From Candidatus Latescibacterota bacterium (lineage in GTDB: Bacteria; Latescibacterota; UBA2968): 64,000 nucleotides of DNA. Of the stretch, positions 1 through 10,400 are shown piece after piece. Where the stretch lies: the NCBI GenBank assembly GCA_965222605.1, contig OZ244960.1, forward strand, positions 1,056,001-1,120,000, read 5' to 3'. The notes below the pieces were generated by a model that saw only the letters and a program-made list of their open reading frames with translations, was not told the origin of the DNA and made no database searches. Made by a program: the position numbers and the translations under genes. How positions within the stretch are numbered: the stretch's first letter is position 1; every line of letters starts with the position of its first letter.

Positions 1-2
1 GC

Positions 3-452
3 GAACTGCACCGCGGTTGGCACCGCGACCGCCCCTATTGGGACGAGCACCCATTCCGAATGGACTATATCCAGCTCATGCTCTATCTCACAGATGTCGG
101 CGCAGACACCCACTGCTTCTCACTCTCTCCCGAATCGGTTTACGAACCCACGCTCGAAGACAAAGAGGCGCAACTCAAACGCGGGGGCATCGCCGATATT
201 CACGGTTCCGCAGGTACGGTCTGTCTCTTCAATGTCGCGGCACTACACACAGCCACCACGCGACCGACAAAATGCGATCGCAAAACCCTGCAAATATACT
301 ACGGACACCGCGACCGCAACTACCTGGCCAATGACTCTGTCATTCCACCCATCTTTTGGCGCGACCACAAAGACCCCGAAGTGCGCGCCTTTTACGGCAA
401 CCTCAACGAAGTCTCTAATATTTATAACAAAGCATTTGGAATCTGGTCATGA
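3..452 (+). CDS. Phytanoyl-CoA dioxygenase (PhyH) family protein, 5' partial
   Basis: Frame is open from the window edge and reads ELHRGWHRDRPY (HxD motif); distal His in FNVAALHTA; its stop overlaps the next start codon. Confidence 0.8.
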   Translation, partial: ELHRGWHRDRPYWDEHPFRMDYIQLMLYLTDVGADTHCFSLSPESVYEPTLEDKEAQLKRGGIADIHGSAGTVCLFNVAALHTATTRPTKCDRKTLQIYYGHRDRNYLANDSVIPPIFWRDHKDPEVRAFYGNLNEVSNIYNKAFGIWS

Positions 453-1261
453 CCTTCCAAAAAACACCTCTCACACCCAACTATGGCGTTGAAGTTCACG
501 ACATTGACCTCACTCAAATCAATAGCGAAATGGCCGAAGCCATTCTCGACACAGTCAGCGAACACGCCCTGCTTCTTTTTCGGCGGCAATCGCTCCACGA
601 CGAAGACATTTACGCCCTCAGTGCCGCACTTGGACCCATCGAAGAACCTGCAGCCAGAATCAATCACAGTCCCCGTTTCAAAGAAGTCAATTACATTTCG
701 AATTTGAACAATGATAATGGTACATTTATTGGTACCCCCATCACAGACGATGACGGTGGCTGGCACACGGACCAGGCCTTCCGCAAAAATCCCGCCACAC
801 TATCCACGCTTTTCTGTATTATCGCCCCGGAACAAGGGGGCGGTACCAGCTTTTGCAGTACACACATGGGCTATGAAGCCCTTCCTGAGACACTCAAGAA
901 ACGCATTGAGAACATGCGCGTCAAATACCTGCCCGGCAAAATTCACGAAGTCGAACCCCTTAAAGTCACCCATCCTCTGGTACTCACCAGCCCGAGCACT
1001 GGGCGAAAAACCCTCTATCTGGCTCCCGGCACGCGCGGAATTCACGGGCTGGACGAAGCTGAAAGCCAAGCCCTCAAAAGCGAACTACTCACCTATCAAC
1101 TCCGCCCACAGCATATATACCAGCACAACTATCGCATGGGAGACATGCTCATTTACGATAACGCACAACTTCTGCATAAACGCGACGCGTACAAAGGTCC
1201 CCGCTTTCTGAAAATTACACGCGTCTTTCTTTCCTCCCACCACTTCGCCATTCCCGACTAA
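449..1261 (+). CDS. TauD/TfdA family Fe(II)/2-oxoglutarate dioxygenase
   Basis: WHTD motif, GGGTSF, HPLV..P.TGRK.LY and GDMLIYDN...LH.R motifs. Confidence 0.9.
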   Translation: MTFQKTPLTPNYGVEVHDIDLTQINSEMAEAILDTVSEHALLLFRRQSLHDEDIYALSAALGPIEEPAARINHSPRFKEVNYISNLNNDNGTFIGTPITDDDGGWHTDQAFRKNPATLSTLFCIIAPEQGGGTSFCSTHMGYEALPETLKKRIENMRVKYLPGKIHEVEPLKVTHPLVLTSPSTGRKTLYLAPGTRGIHGLDEAESQALKSELLTYQLRPQHIYQHNYRMGDMLIYDNAQLLHKRDAYKGPRFLKITRVFLSSHHFAIPD

Positions 1262-1263
1262 CC

Positions 1264-3258
1264 ATGGCTGCAACATCTCCTCAACAAGAATCTCAAGCTA
1301 TTCCCTCGCGCATCACAGGGCGCTCCGTGCTCTTTGGCGCACTCACCGCCATTGTTCTCAACGTGTACACCGACCACGCCGGGCTGGTGATGGGGTCGTC
1401 ATCCCTGGTCAAATCGCAATATCCAATGGCTATGTTGCTGCCTTTTGTACTCTGGTTATTTGCCAATATCGGTCTCAAAACCTTCTGGCCCAAAGCAGCT
1501 CTTTCGGGCACCGAACTACTGGTCATCTACAGCATGTCCTGGATCGCGGGCGTTATTCCCCTCGAAGGTTGGGCAGCTTATTGGACGAGCACAATGGCCG
1601 TGCCCACCTATTACGCGTCACCTGAAAATCGCTGGACCGAAATTATCTTTAACATCTTACCCTGGTGGACCCTGCCAGATGTATCGCCTGCGGTTATTCG
1701 TCCTTTCTACGATGGATTGCCTCCCTATGGTTCCATCCCCTGGACGGGCTGGTTACAACCCGTGTTCTGGTGGACCGCCATCTCATTGGCCGTTTTTGCA
1801 GCGGGATTGTGCTTGTGTATTCTCTTTCAACGCCAGTGGGAAAACCACGAGCGCCTCGCCTTTCCGCTCGCGCAATTTGCCATAGAACTCACCTCTGGCT
1901 TTGATCAACCCGGGCGCGTCCCCGACATTTTTCGAAACAAAATTTTCTGGGCGGGTTTTTTCACTGTTTTTGGCGTTTTCGCGTGGAATATCCTCGGTTA
2001 TTTTGCCACGGGCTTGCCGCGCATCAACATTTACGCCGGGTACCTGAGCAAACAAATCGACCTCGCCCGCGACTTTCAACCCATTTACCTTCGCATCTTG
2101 CCCCCGGTCGTCGGCCTGACCTACTTTTGCAATCTCGACATCCTCTTTAGTTTTTGGATTTTGCGCCTCATCGCCATAGTCAAACTCGGCATTATGGACC
2201 GCACGGGTTTCACCCTGGGCCTGGCCGACCAGCAGGCAAAATCATCCGAAATCATCAATCTCGAAAGCCACGGCGCCCTTGTTTTGCTGGCACTCTGGTC
2301 TATTTGGGTCGCTCGGGGGCACCTGTCTCGCGTCTGGCAAGCAGTTGTGGAAGGCCGACATTCTGCTCATAACGACGGCATTATATCCTACCGCATGGCG
2401 TTTATTGGCTTTGTTCTATCAACGGCCTTCATCATCGGCTGGATGAACGCAATGGGCATGTCCATCCCAATTGCGCTCTTGCAAACCGCGCTACTCTACA
2501 CGGCATATCTCACCGTCGCCAAATTCACAGCCGCCAGTGGTTTTCCCCATCTCTTGCCCGTGTACAGCAAGGGCGGGGGCCTGGTCTATACCTTTGCTGG
2601 TACTGCCAACTTGACCCCCTCGGACTTTGTGAGTATCGAATTTGTCAACTCCAGTGCTTTCTTTGGCAACAACCGCATTCCCGCATGGCCTGCGCTGCCT
2701 CACCACCTGAAATTGCACGGTGCGTCGCCAAACGCCCGCGTTGCCCGTATCGCCGCGCTTGCCTTCACCGCGGGCTTGCTCGCATCCTTTATCTTTATTA
2801 TCTATTTGGCCTACACGCACGGGGGGCAAAATCTGCACACAGCCCCATTTTCCGGCCGCTCAAACTCGGCCTCGGTCCGCCTCTATAGCAACATGACCAA
2901 CCACATTCTCAACGAACAAAAAACTGTTTTTGATCCGTATAAAATGGCCGTATGGTTCATTGGCATCTTTGAAGCGCTCGTGCTCATTGGCTTGAGAAGC
3001 CGCCTGCCCTGGTGGCCCTTGCACCCGATTGGCCTCGCCTTTCAAAATACCTCTGGCCCAAGAATCTACAGCTTCTCCATTTTTCTCACCTGGGCGGCCA
3101 AATCACTTTTCCTGCGTATCGGCGGCATTGCTCTGTACCGCCGTGCAGCACCTTATTTTATTGGTCTGCCAGTGGGCTATGTCACCGGCGTCATCGTTTC
3201 GTCTATTGTCGATCTCATCTGGTTCCCAACAGGTGGGCACTGGACACATGGATGGTAG
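1264..3258 (+). CDS. Large polytopic membrane protein (DUF6785/DUF6784-like, putative transporter)
   Basis: 664 aa with many TM segments; RQW..HERL.FPL and WWPLHPIG motifs typical of this family. Confidence 0.7.
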   Translation: MAATSPQQESQAIPSRITGRSVLFGALTAIVLNVYTDHAGLVMGSSSLVKSQYPMAMLLPFVLWLFANIGLKTFWPKAALSGTELLVIYSMSWIAGVIPLEGWAAYWTSTMAVPTYYASPENRWTEIIFNILPWWTLPDVSPAVIRPFYDGLPPYGSIPWTGWLQPVFWWTAISLAVFAAGLCLCILFQRQWENHERLAFPLAQFAIELTSGFDQPGRVPDIFRNKIFWAGFFTVFGVFAWNILGYFATGLPRINIYAGYLSKQIDLARDFQPIYLRILPPVVGLTYFCNLDILFSFWILRLIAIVKLGIMDRTGFTLGLADQQAKSSEIINLESHGALVLLALWSIWVARGHLSRVWQAVVEGRHSAHNDGIISYRMAFIGFVLSTAFIIGWMNAMGMSIPIALLQTALLYTAYLTVAKFTAASGFPHLLPVYSKGGGLVYTFAGTANLTPSDFVSIEFVNSSAFFGNNRIPAWPALPHHLKLHGASPNARVARIAALAFTAGLLASFIFIIYLAYTHGGQNLHTAPFSGRSNSASVRLYSNMTNHILNEQKTVFDPYKMAVWFIGIFEALVLIGLRSRLPWWPLHPIGLAFQNTSGPRIYSFSIFLTWAAKSLFLRIGGIALYRRAAPYFIGLPVGYVTGVIVSSIVDLIWFPTGGHWTHGW

Positions 3259-3286
3259 GCTTGAGGCTACTACAGAAAGGTTTTTC

Positions 3287-3539
3287 ATGTCCGAACAAAA
3301 ACACATTCTCATCACAGGTGGCGCGGGCTTTGTCGCTGGCATGTTGCGCCAGTACTGGGGCGCGACCTACCGCCAGCTCGCGGGATACCGCACAACTTTT
3401 TCAAAAATGCGTGGAAGCAGATACCGACTTTGCCATTGTACATGGCGTATCTGATCACAAAAAATCCTATCTCGGAATTGATGCCACCAGGGAAGTATTG
3501 GGCTATACCCCACAAGATGGCACAGCGAAAAGGCGGTAA
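3287..3539 (+). pseudogene. NAD-dependent epimerase/uronate dehydrogenase-like gene with large internal deletion and frameshift
   Basis: N-terminus MSEQKHILITGGAGFVA (Rossmann) is joined out of frame to C-terminus SSRDTAQLFQKCVEA...GVSD...DATREVLGYTPQD. Confidence 0.8.
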
Positions 3540-3554
3540 ACAGAAAGGATACCC

Positions 3555-4007
3555 ATGGGAAAGGGAAAATTCTCATCGACAAAAACCTATCACGATCTGC
3601 CCTGTGCGCACCGTCAGGGGTATCACGACGGCCACTGCCGATTTATTCACGGATACAACCGCGAGATCACATTTTATTTTTCCTGCAACGAACTCGACGA
3701 AAATCACTTTGTCGTCGATTTTAGCAAGCTCAAGAAACTCAAAGCATGGTTAGAGCACATGTTTGACCACACGATGCTCATCAACGAAAATGATCCCGAA
3801 CGCGAATTTTTTAAAGAAATGCACCGCCGTGGCCTGATCGATCTGCGAATTATGCCCAACGTTGGCATGGAAGCGTCATCAAAATTTGTCTTTGATTATG
3901 CCGACAAACTCGTGCGCGACATGACTCACAACCGATGCTGGGTCTATAAAGTTGAAACCCGTGAAAACATGAAAAACTCGGGTATATACGAACTTGTGGA
4001 TGACTGA
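3555..4007 (+). CDS. queD: 6-carboxytetrahydropterin / 6-pyruvoyl-tetrahydropterin synthase (QueD/PTPS family)
   Basis: AHR...GHC..IHGY, VVDF, FDHT and E...NS motifs. Confidence 0.8.
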   Translation: MGKGKFSSTKTYHDLPCAHRQGYHDGHCRFIHGYNREITFYFSCNELDENHFVVDFSKLKKLKAWLEHMFDHTMLINENDPEREFFKEMHRRGLIDLRIMPNVGMEASSKFVFDYADKLVRDMTHNRCWVYKVETRENMKNSGIYELVDD

Positions 4008-4037
4008 AACGCGCACCTGAATGGCGTGTTTTGTCTC

Positions 4038-4113
4038 TACTGCACAAAATACTGCACAAATTTTTTTGAATAACACAATAAATTGATTATAAACAATAAT
4101 TTATTGTGTTATT
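4038..4113. repeat. Tandem 11-bp direct repeat plus 16-bp inverted repeat upstream of the sigma factor
   Basis: TACTGCACAAA at 4038-4048 and 4050-4060; AATAACACAATAAATT (4069-4084) pairs with AATTTATTGTGTTATT (4098-4113). Confidence 0.8.
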
Positions 4114-4120
4114 TTTTTTC

Positions 4121-4149
4121 TTGACTTATGAACAAACGTTCACTATATT
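4121..4149 (+). promoter_or_regulatory. Sigma-70-type promoter with a TGAAC-N4-GTTCA palindrome in its spacer
   Basis: TTGACT-N17-TATATT; palindrome at 4129-4142. Confidence 0.65.
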
Positions 4150-4238
4150 TTTGTTCAGCCATAACTGAGGCCATTTCACAGAATCAGACAGATGTTTCGT
4201 ACAGAGTATAGGGCCTCAGAATACCACAAGGAGGAAAC

Positions 4239-5246
4239 ATGATTTCCGAAATGAACCAACGTCGCAGCCCCGTCCAGCAGGCCCTTCGCAAAGCACCAGG
4301 GCAAGGCGCAGATCGTGTTTGCACCTCACCCCAGGTAGGCGATGATCCCTCTCTGGCCTATTACTACAAGGAGATCGAGCGACACCCACTGCTCACGCCA
4401 GACCAGGAAAAAGCCCTGACAGAACAAATTGCCCTGGGCGACCTGCCAGATGCGAATGCTCGTGCTCGGCGGGCAGGAGAGCATGCCCGCGAAAAGCTCA
4501 TCACCAGCAACCTGCGCTTTGTCATTCACGTTGCCAAAAATTTTAAGAATCAAGGGCTGCCCCTGGCCGATCTCATCAATGAAGGCAACATGGGCTTGAT
4601 GACTGCCGCCCGCAAATTCAAACCCGAAAAAGGTTACAAGTTCATCACCTACGCAGTCTGGTGGATCAGACAGAACATCCTCAAAGCCCTCGAAGTTCAA
4701 ACCCGATCCATCCGGATTCCCGGCAATGTTATCAATGACCTCAACAAATTGCGAAAAGTCGAAGCTGATATGACTCAGCACCTCGACCGACATCCCGATG
4801 CCGATGAACTCGCCCAGGAAACCGATCTACCCCTGAAAAAAGTCACACACACCCTCGAATCGGCCTACAACACCGTGTCGCTGGATACCCCAATGTACGA
4901 TGAAGTCACAAGCTCAGCGCCTCGCGCTGTCACCCTTCAAGAAACTCTGTCAGATCCCCAAACATTGTCTCCAGAAGACGCCTATATCCAAAACACTATG
5001 CACAATGATATACACAACGCGCTCAGTGCCTTGCCCGATCGCGACCGACAAATTCTGCATCTCTATTACGGTTTCGACGACCCAAAGGAACGCGCCGAAA
5101 TCAGCAGATCAAAACCCGTAACCTATCAACAAATAGGCAACAAACTGGGAGTAAGCCGAGAACGGGTGCGCCAACTCAAAGAAGAGGCACTCAATCGGCT
5201 GCGTCACCCCTCTCACAGTAAGCGACTTGCTACCTATTGCAGTTAA
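4239..5246 (+). CDS. RNA polymerase sigma-70 family factor (RpoD/SigA/RpoS-like, no region 1.1)
   Basis: SNLRFVIHVAK, DLINEGNMGLM, GYKFITYAVWWIRQ and SRERVRQ motifs; AAGGAGG RBS. Confidence 0.95.
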   Translation: MISEMNQRRSPVQQALRKAPGQGADRVCTSPQVGDDPSLAYYYKEIERHPLLTPDQEKALTEQIALGDLPDANARARRAGEHAREKLITSNLRFVIHVAKNFKNQGLPLADLINEGNMGLMTAARKFKPEKGYKFITYAVWWIRQNILKALEVQTRSIRIPGNVINDLNKLRKVEADMTQHLDRHPDADELAQETDLPLKKVTHTLESAYNTVSLDTPMYDEVTSSAPRAVTLQETLSDPQTLSPEDAYIQNTMHNDIHNALSALPDRDRQILHLYYGFDDPKERAEISRSKPVTYQQIGNKLGVSRERVRQLKEEALNRLRHPSHSKRLATYCS

Positions 5247-5299
5247 AGTGAGAAATTATACGCCTCTTGTCTTACTTAAAACACAGCCCCAACAAAATC

Positions 5300-5337
5300 A
5301 GAGCGTCGGCAGATCGCGTCGACGCTCTTTGTCTTTC
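5300..5337 (+). terminator. Rho-independent terminator
   Basis: AGAGCGTCG / CGACGCTCT stem followed by a T-rich tail. Confidence 0.7.
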
Positions 5338-5434
5338 TACTTGCATCAAAAGCCGAAACCTTGCTATTTACAATGTTCAAATGATCTCCCCGGGAAACTT
5401 TACACCGCTTATTAGCTCATAATGTGAATCAACT

Positions 5435-6247
5435 ATGAAAATCATCATCCTCTCTACACTCGGCGCACTCATTCTGCTCGGCGTGGGTGTGTACATTGTT
5501 TTTTATATTTCAGAGCGCGACAAAATTGAAGGAAAATCCTTCTTCCGTCTTGAAAATCGCTGGCTCTACGGATTTTTGGGCTACGCATCTGTCATTGTCA
5601 TCACTTTTTTGGTCCTGATTTTGCAAACCTCGCTCACGCGCCAGGAGAAAACCCTTAAAAATACTCAAGCGCGGTTCCAGCAAGAACTCACAGCTTTTCG
5701 CGAGCGACTCGGCGAACAAACCGACCGTCTCATGTCCCAAATCAATGAAAAAGCGATACTCACTGGATCTGAAATCGAGGTGCGCGGCAAGCTATCCAAC
5801 GAAATTGCCCATCATCAACGCACCCGCAAAGAACGCGACGCTGCACGCGAACAATTGCGCCTCACACAAGGTGACTTAGATCGGGAAACCCGCGCACACC
5901 GCGCCTATCTGGACAGCCTCAATACCGAAAGATCGCTTCATGCATCAACCCAAAACCGACTCAAGCGCGAGGAAGCACAACACGCCAAAAACCGCGAGAC
6001 ATTGCGAAACACCCAACAAAAACTCGACCGCGCCAACGAGCGCCTAAATGTACAAAATCACCAGATTACAGCGCTGAGAAGAGATCTCAAACGCGTGCAG
6101 GACAACGCCGACAATGCACGCCAGATGACCAGCCGCCTCTTACAGCAATCCGGTGACCATCAGCGAGCACTCATGATCCTTCAAGCCACCGCCGATTCTC
6201 TCTTTCTAAAAGAATTTAAACGCCCCCGAATTCCTTCAGAAAAATAG
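5435..6247 (+). CDS. Hypothetical membrane protein with two TM helices and a long coiled coil
   Basis: Hydrophobic segments near aa 3-26 and 43-63, then a heptad-rich R/E/Q/L region. Confidence 0.75.
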   Translation: MKIIILSTLGALILLGVGVYIVFYISERDKIEGKSFFRLENRWLYGFLGYASVIVITFLVLILQTSLTRQEKTLKNTQARFQQELTAFRERLGEQTDRLMSQINEKAILTGSEIEVRGKLSNEIAHHQRTRKERDAAREQLRLTQGDLDRETRAHRAYLDSLNTERSLHASTQNRLKREEAQHAKNRETLRNTQQKLDRANERLNVQNHQITALRRDLKRVQDNADNARQMTSRLLQQSGDHQRALMILQATADSLFLKEFKRPRIPSEK

Positions 6248-6265
6248 ACGCGGAGAAAACGCATC

Positions 6266-7459
6266 GTGAAACTCAAAATCCTCCTTCCCATCATTATCCT
6301 GATCATCGGCGTGCTGGGTACTTATACTATTATGATGCTGGGCGGTAGAGAAATTGTGGTAATGATCAAAAATCGGGAGGTTGTACAGACCCCAACAGAA
6401 GTCCCCCCACCGCTCGTTCGCGTTCAATCCGTTCACACCACAGACTTTCAACTCGTTATTCCAGCGCAAGGCACAGTTGCCCCGCGTACGCAAACCACGC
6501 TCATTTCACAAGTGGCAGGCCAAATCATTGATGTATCGCCCGCATTTGCCAACGGTGGCTTTTTTGAAAAAGGCGATGTTCTGCTCACCATAGACCCGCG
6601 CGATTACGAAGTCGCTGTTGCACAAGCACAGGTTCAGGTCGCACAGGCCAAATTGCGATTGGCACGTGAAGAAGAAGAAGCCGCAATTGCCCGCGACGAA
6701 TGGAAACGCTTAGGCAGTGGAGAGCCAACCGATCTGGTTTTGCGCAAGCCACAAATTAACGAAGCCCGTGCGACCATTGCCGCTGCCGAAGGCGCACTGA
6801 TGCGCGCCAACCTCAACCTCGAACGCACGCAAATCAAAGCGCCATATCCCGGACGCGTTCGCGCCAAAAATGCCGATGTCGGACAATACGTCAACCCCGG
6901 TTCGCCACTCGGCCACATTTACGCCATCGATTACGCCGAAGTGCGACTGCCCGTGTCCGATGACCAGCTCGCTTATCTGGACCTCCCGTTCTCCTTTCGC
7001 AATAACCCCCATGATAATTCAGGTCCCGATGTGCGCTTACACGCCACATTTGCCGGGCGCGAACACACCTATATGGGGCGCATAGTGCGCGTTGAAGGCG
7101 AAATTGACACGCGCTCTGGCATGATTGCGCTCGTCGGGCGCGTAGATAATCCATACCACCAGCGCGATCACAACACGCCGCCATTGGCAGTGGGTATGTT
7201 TGTCACCGCAGAAATCCTGGGTCATCACGCGGAAAACGTCGTGGTCATCACGCGCACTGCACTGCGCGGCAAGAATCGCGTTCTCGTGGTTACGGGCAAT
7301 CGCCTCTATTATCGAACCATCGATATCTTGCGCGCCGACGCAGAAAAAGTCGTTGTTAGAAGCGGTCTAAAATCGGGTGAACAACTCTGCGTATCGCCAC
7401 TCGATACCGTCGTAGATGGCATGCGCGTGCGCACCGTGTGCACTGGAGGTACGCAATGA
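6266..7459 (+). CDS. RND efflux periplasmic adaptor (MFP) subunit
   Basis: N-terminal TM, lipoyl-like GG.F.KGDVL..IDP.DY, helical hairpin, L.RT.I.APY.GRV. Confidence 0.92.
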   Translation: MKLKILLPIIILIIGVLGTYTIMMLGGREIVVMIKNREVVQTPTEVPPPLVRVQSVHTTDFQLVIPAQGTVAPRTQTTLISQVAGQIIDVSPAFANGGFFEKGDVLLTIDPRDYEVAVAQAQVQVAQAKLRLAREEEEAAIARDEWKRLGSGEPTDLVLRKPQINEARATIAAAEGALMRANLNLERTQIKAPYPGRVRAKNADVGQYVNPGSPLGHIYAIDYAEVRLPVSDDQLAYLDLPFSFRNNPHDNSGPDVRLHATFAGREHTYMGRIVRVEGEIDTRSGMIALVGRVDNPYHQRDHNTPPLAVGMFVTAEILGHHAENVVVITRTALRGKNRVLVVTGNRLYYRTIDILRADAEKVVVRSGLKSGEQLCVSPLDTVVDGMRVRTVCTGGTQ

Positions 7460-10400
7460 GAAATGCCGTTGAATGGTTTGCCCGAAACAGCGTGGCGGCC
7501 AATCTGTTGATGGTATTGATCCTGGGAGGCGGCATTTTTCTCGCATCCAGCATTCGCATGGAAGTCTTCCCAGAGTTTTCAAGTGACATGATCAATGTCT
7601 CCATGATCTATCTGGGCGCTGCTCCCGAAGAAGTCGAAGAAGCCATCTGCGTGCGCATCGAAGAAGCTGTGCTGGGTCTCGACGGTATTGAGCGCATCAC
7701 CTCCACAGCATCGGAGAATAGCGGTGTTGTCAACATCAAACTCGAGTCCGGTGCTGATATGCGCAAATTGCTCGACGATGTCAAAGCCCGCGTAGATGCC
7801 ATCACCTCTTTTCCGGCGGAAACGGAAAAACCCATCATTCGAGAAATCACCAACCGCCGCCAGGTCATCAACGTTGCCATCTCGGGACCGACAGATGAAA
7901 AAACCCTCAAAACAATTGGCGAGCAAGTCAGAGACGATATTGCAACCCTTCCCGGCATCACACAAGTAGATCTCGTCAGCACACGCCCTTACGAAATCGC
8001 TATCGAAGTCTCGGAAAATGACCTGAGGCGTTATGACCTCACCTTTAGCGAAATTGCCATGGCCGTAAGGCGCTTCTCTATTGATCTGCCCGGCGGGGCC
8101 ATTCGCACAAAGGGCGGCGAAATCCTGTTGCGCACCAAAGGGCAGGCATATCGCGGCAAAGAATTTGAATCGCTCGTCTTGCGTTCCCGCCCCGATGGCA
8201 CACATCTTCGCCTGGGCGATGTCGCCACAGTTATCGACGGGTTTGCGGAAACCGACCAATCTGCCCAATTTGATGCAGAACCCACCGTGATTGTCCAGGT
8301 TTATCGCGTGGGCGATCAAAATGTTCTGGACATCACGAAAAAAGTCAAAGCGTATATCGGCGAAGCACAAACGCGCCTGCCCGATGGCATCAAACTCACC
8401 GTCTGGGCAGACTATTCTCGCATCTTAAATGACCGTCTGGAACTCATGCTGCGCAATGGTCGAATGGGCTTTATCCTCGTCTTCATCGCACTGACGATGT
8501 TTCTGCGTTTGCGACTCGCCTTTTGGGTCGCCCTGGGCATTCCCATCTCATTCCTCGGCGCAATCGGTCTGATGCCCTTCTTCGACGTCTCCATCAACAT
8601 GATCTCCCTCTTTGCATTTATCGTGGTACTCGGCATTGTTGTGGATGACGCCGTCATCGTAGGGGAAAACATCTATCGCCATTATCAAATGGGCAAACGC
8701 GGCTTGCGCGCGGCCATCGATGGCGCGCAAGAAGTATATGTTCCCGTCATTTTTGCTGTCCTCACATCTATTGCCGCCTTCTCTCCCCTGCTCACCGTTG
8801 AAGGTAACATGGGGAAAATCATGAAACTCATTCCCCAGATTGTCATTCTCACCCTCATCTTTTCACTCATCGAATCGCTTCTTATCTTGCCAGCGCACCT
8901 CGCGCACGCCAAAATGGATGCAAAGAAAGACAGCGATCCCCCGCGCAAACGCGCCATTGTCACCCTGTGGCAACGCGTTCAAAACAGCGTGGCCGATGGC
9001 TTGCTCACCGCTGTTGACCACTATTATCGACCCTTTCTCGAATGGGTGCTTCAGTGGCGGTATTTGACCCTCGCGGCGAGTGTTGCCACGCTCTTTCTCA
9101 CCGTGGGTCTCGTTGGTGGCGGGTGGATCAAATTCGTCTTTTTTCCCAATGTCGAGGCCGACAATGTCGCGGCCATGCTCACCATGCCCCAGGGCACACC
9201 TGCCGAGGTGACAGAAAATGCAGTGCGCCACCTGGAGGCGTCAGCACGCCAACTCCAACGCGAAATAGAAGGCGATGAATCGGGCGCGGTATTTCGCCAT
9301 ATTCTCGCAACCGTAGGCGAACAACCTTTTCGCTCAGCACAAAGCCAGAACTTTGGGAGCGGTGCCGCATTTTCATCGGCACATCTGGGTGAAGTCAATA
9401 TTGAACTCGTGCCTTCGGAAAATCGCAACATCGGCAGTGAAGAAATTGCCAAGCGTTGGCGCGAAGTCACCGGCGCTATTCCCGACGCTGTCGAGCTGAC
9501 CTACACGTCTTCGCTATTTTCAAGCGGAGAAGCCATCAATATCCAGTTCTCAGGTCCAGACTACGGTGAATTGCGCGAAGTCACCGAAAAATTCAAAAGC
9601 GCGTTGGGTGAATATCCCGGTGTCTTTGACATCGCCGATTCCTTCCGCCCCGGGAAAGAGGAAGTGAAACTCTCCCTCACCCGACAAGCCGAAATCCTGG
9701 GCATCACATTGGCCGACCTCGCGCGCCAGATCAGACAGGCATTTTACGGCGAAGAAGCGCAGCGTATTCAGCGCGGCCGCGACGACATCCGCGTGATGGT
9801 GCGCTATCCCGAATCAGAGCGACGGTCCCTGGGCAACCTCGAAGACATGCGCATCCGCACACCCGGCGGTGGCGAAGTGCCCTTCTCAATCGCCGCGCGT
9901 GCCGAACTCGGTCGAGGCTACGCATCCATCCGTCGCGCCGACCGCCAGAGAGTTATCAACGTCACTGCCGACGTCGATATAAGCATCGTCAATGCAAATG
10001 AAATCATCGCCGATTTCACCCGCACTGTTTTGCCCAGAATAATGGCAGATCATCCCCGCGTGCGCTACGATTTTGAAGGCCAGCAAAGAGAACAGACCGA
10101 AATGCTACAGGGGCTGGCCAACAGCTTTGTTATCGCCTTGCTCGTTATTTATATTTTGCTCGCTATTCCCTTTAAATCCTATGTCCAACCCCTCATTGTG
10201 ATGGGCGCCATCCCATTTGGGATCGTCGGCGCGGTCTGGGGCCATGTCGCTCTCGGATTTGATCTCTCGATTCTCTCTGCATTTGGCATTGTTGCGCTTA
10301 CAGGTGTCGTGGTCAACGACAGTCTGGTCATGGTCGATTTTATCAACAAACAGCGCGAAAAAGGCCACGCACTTTCCGAAGCCCTCCGCGAAGCTGGGGC

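Noticed and set aside
4069-4113. Chromosomal dif site
   Set aside because: It does not fit the 11-6-11 XerC/XerD consensus; the spacer is 13 nt
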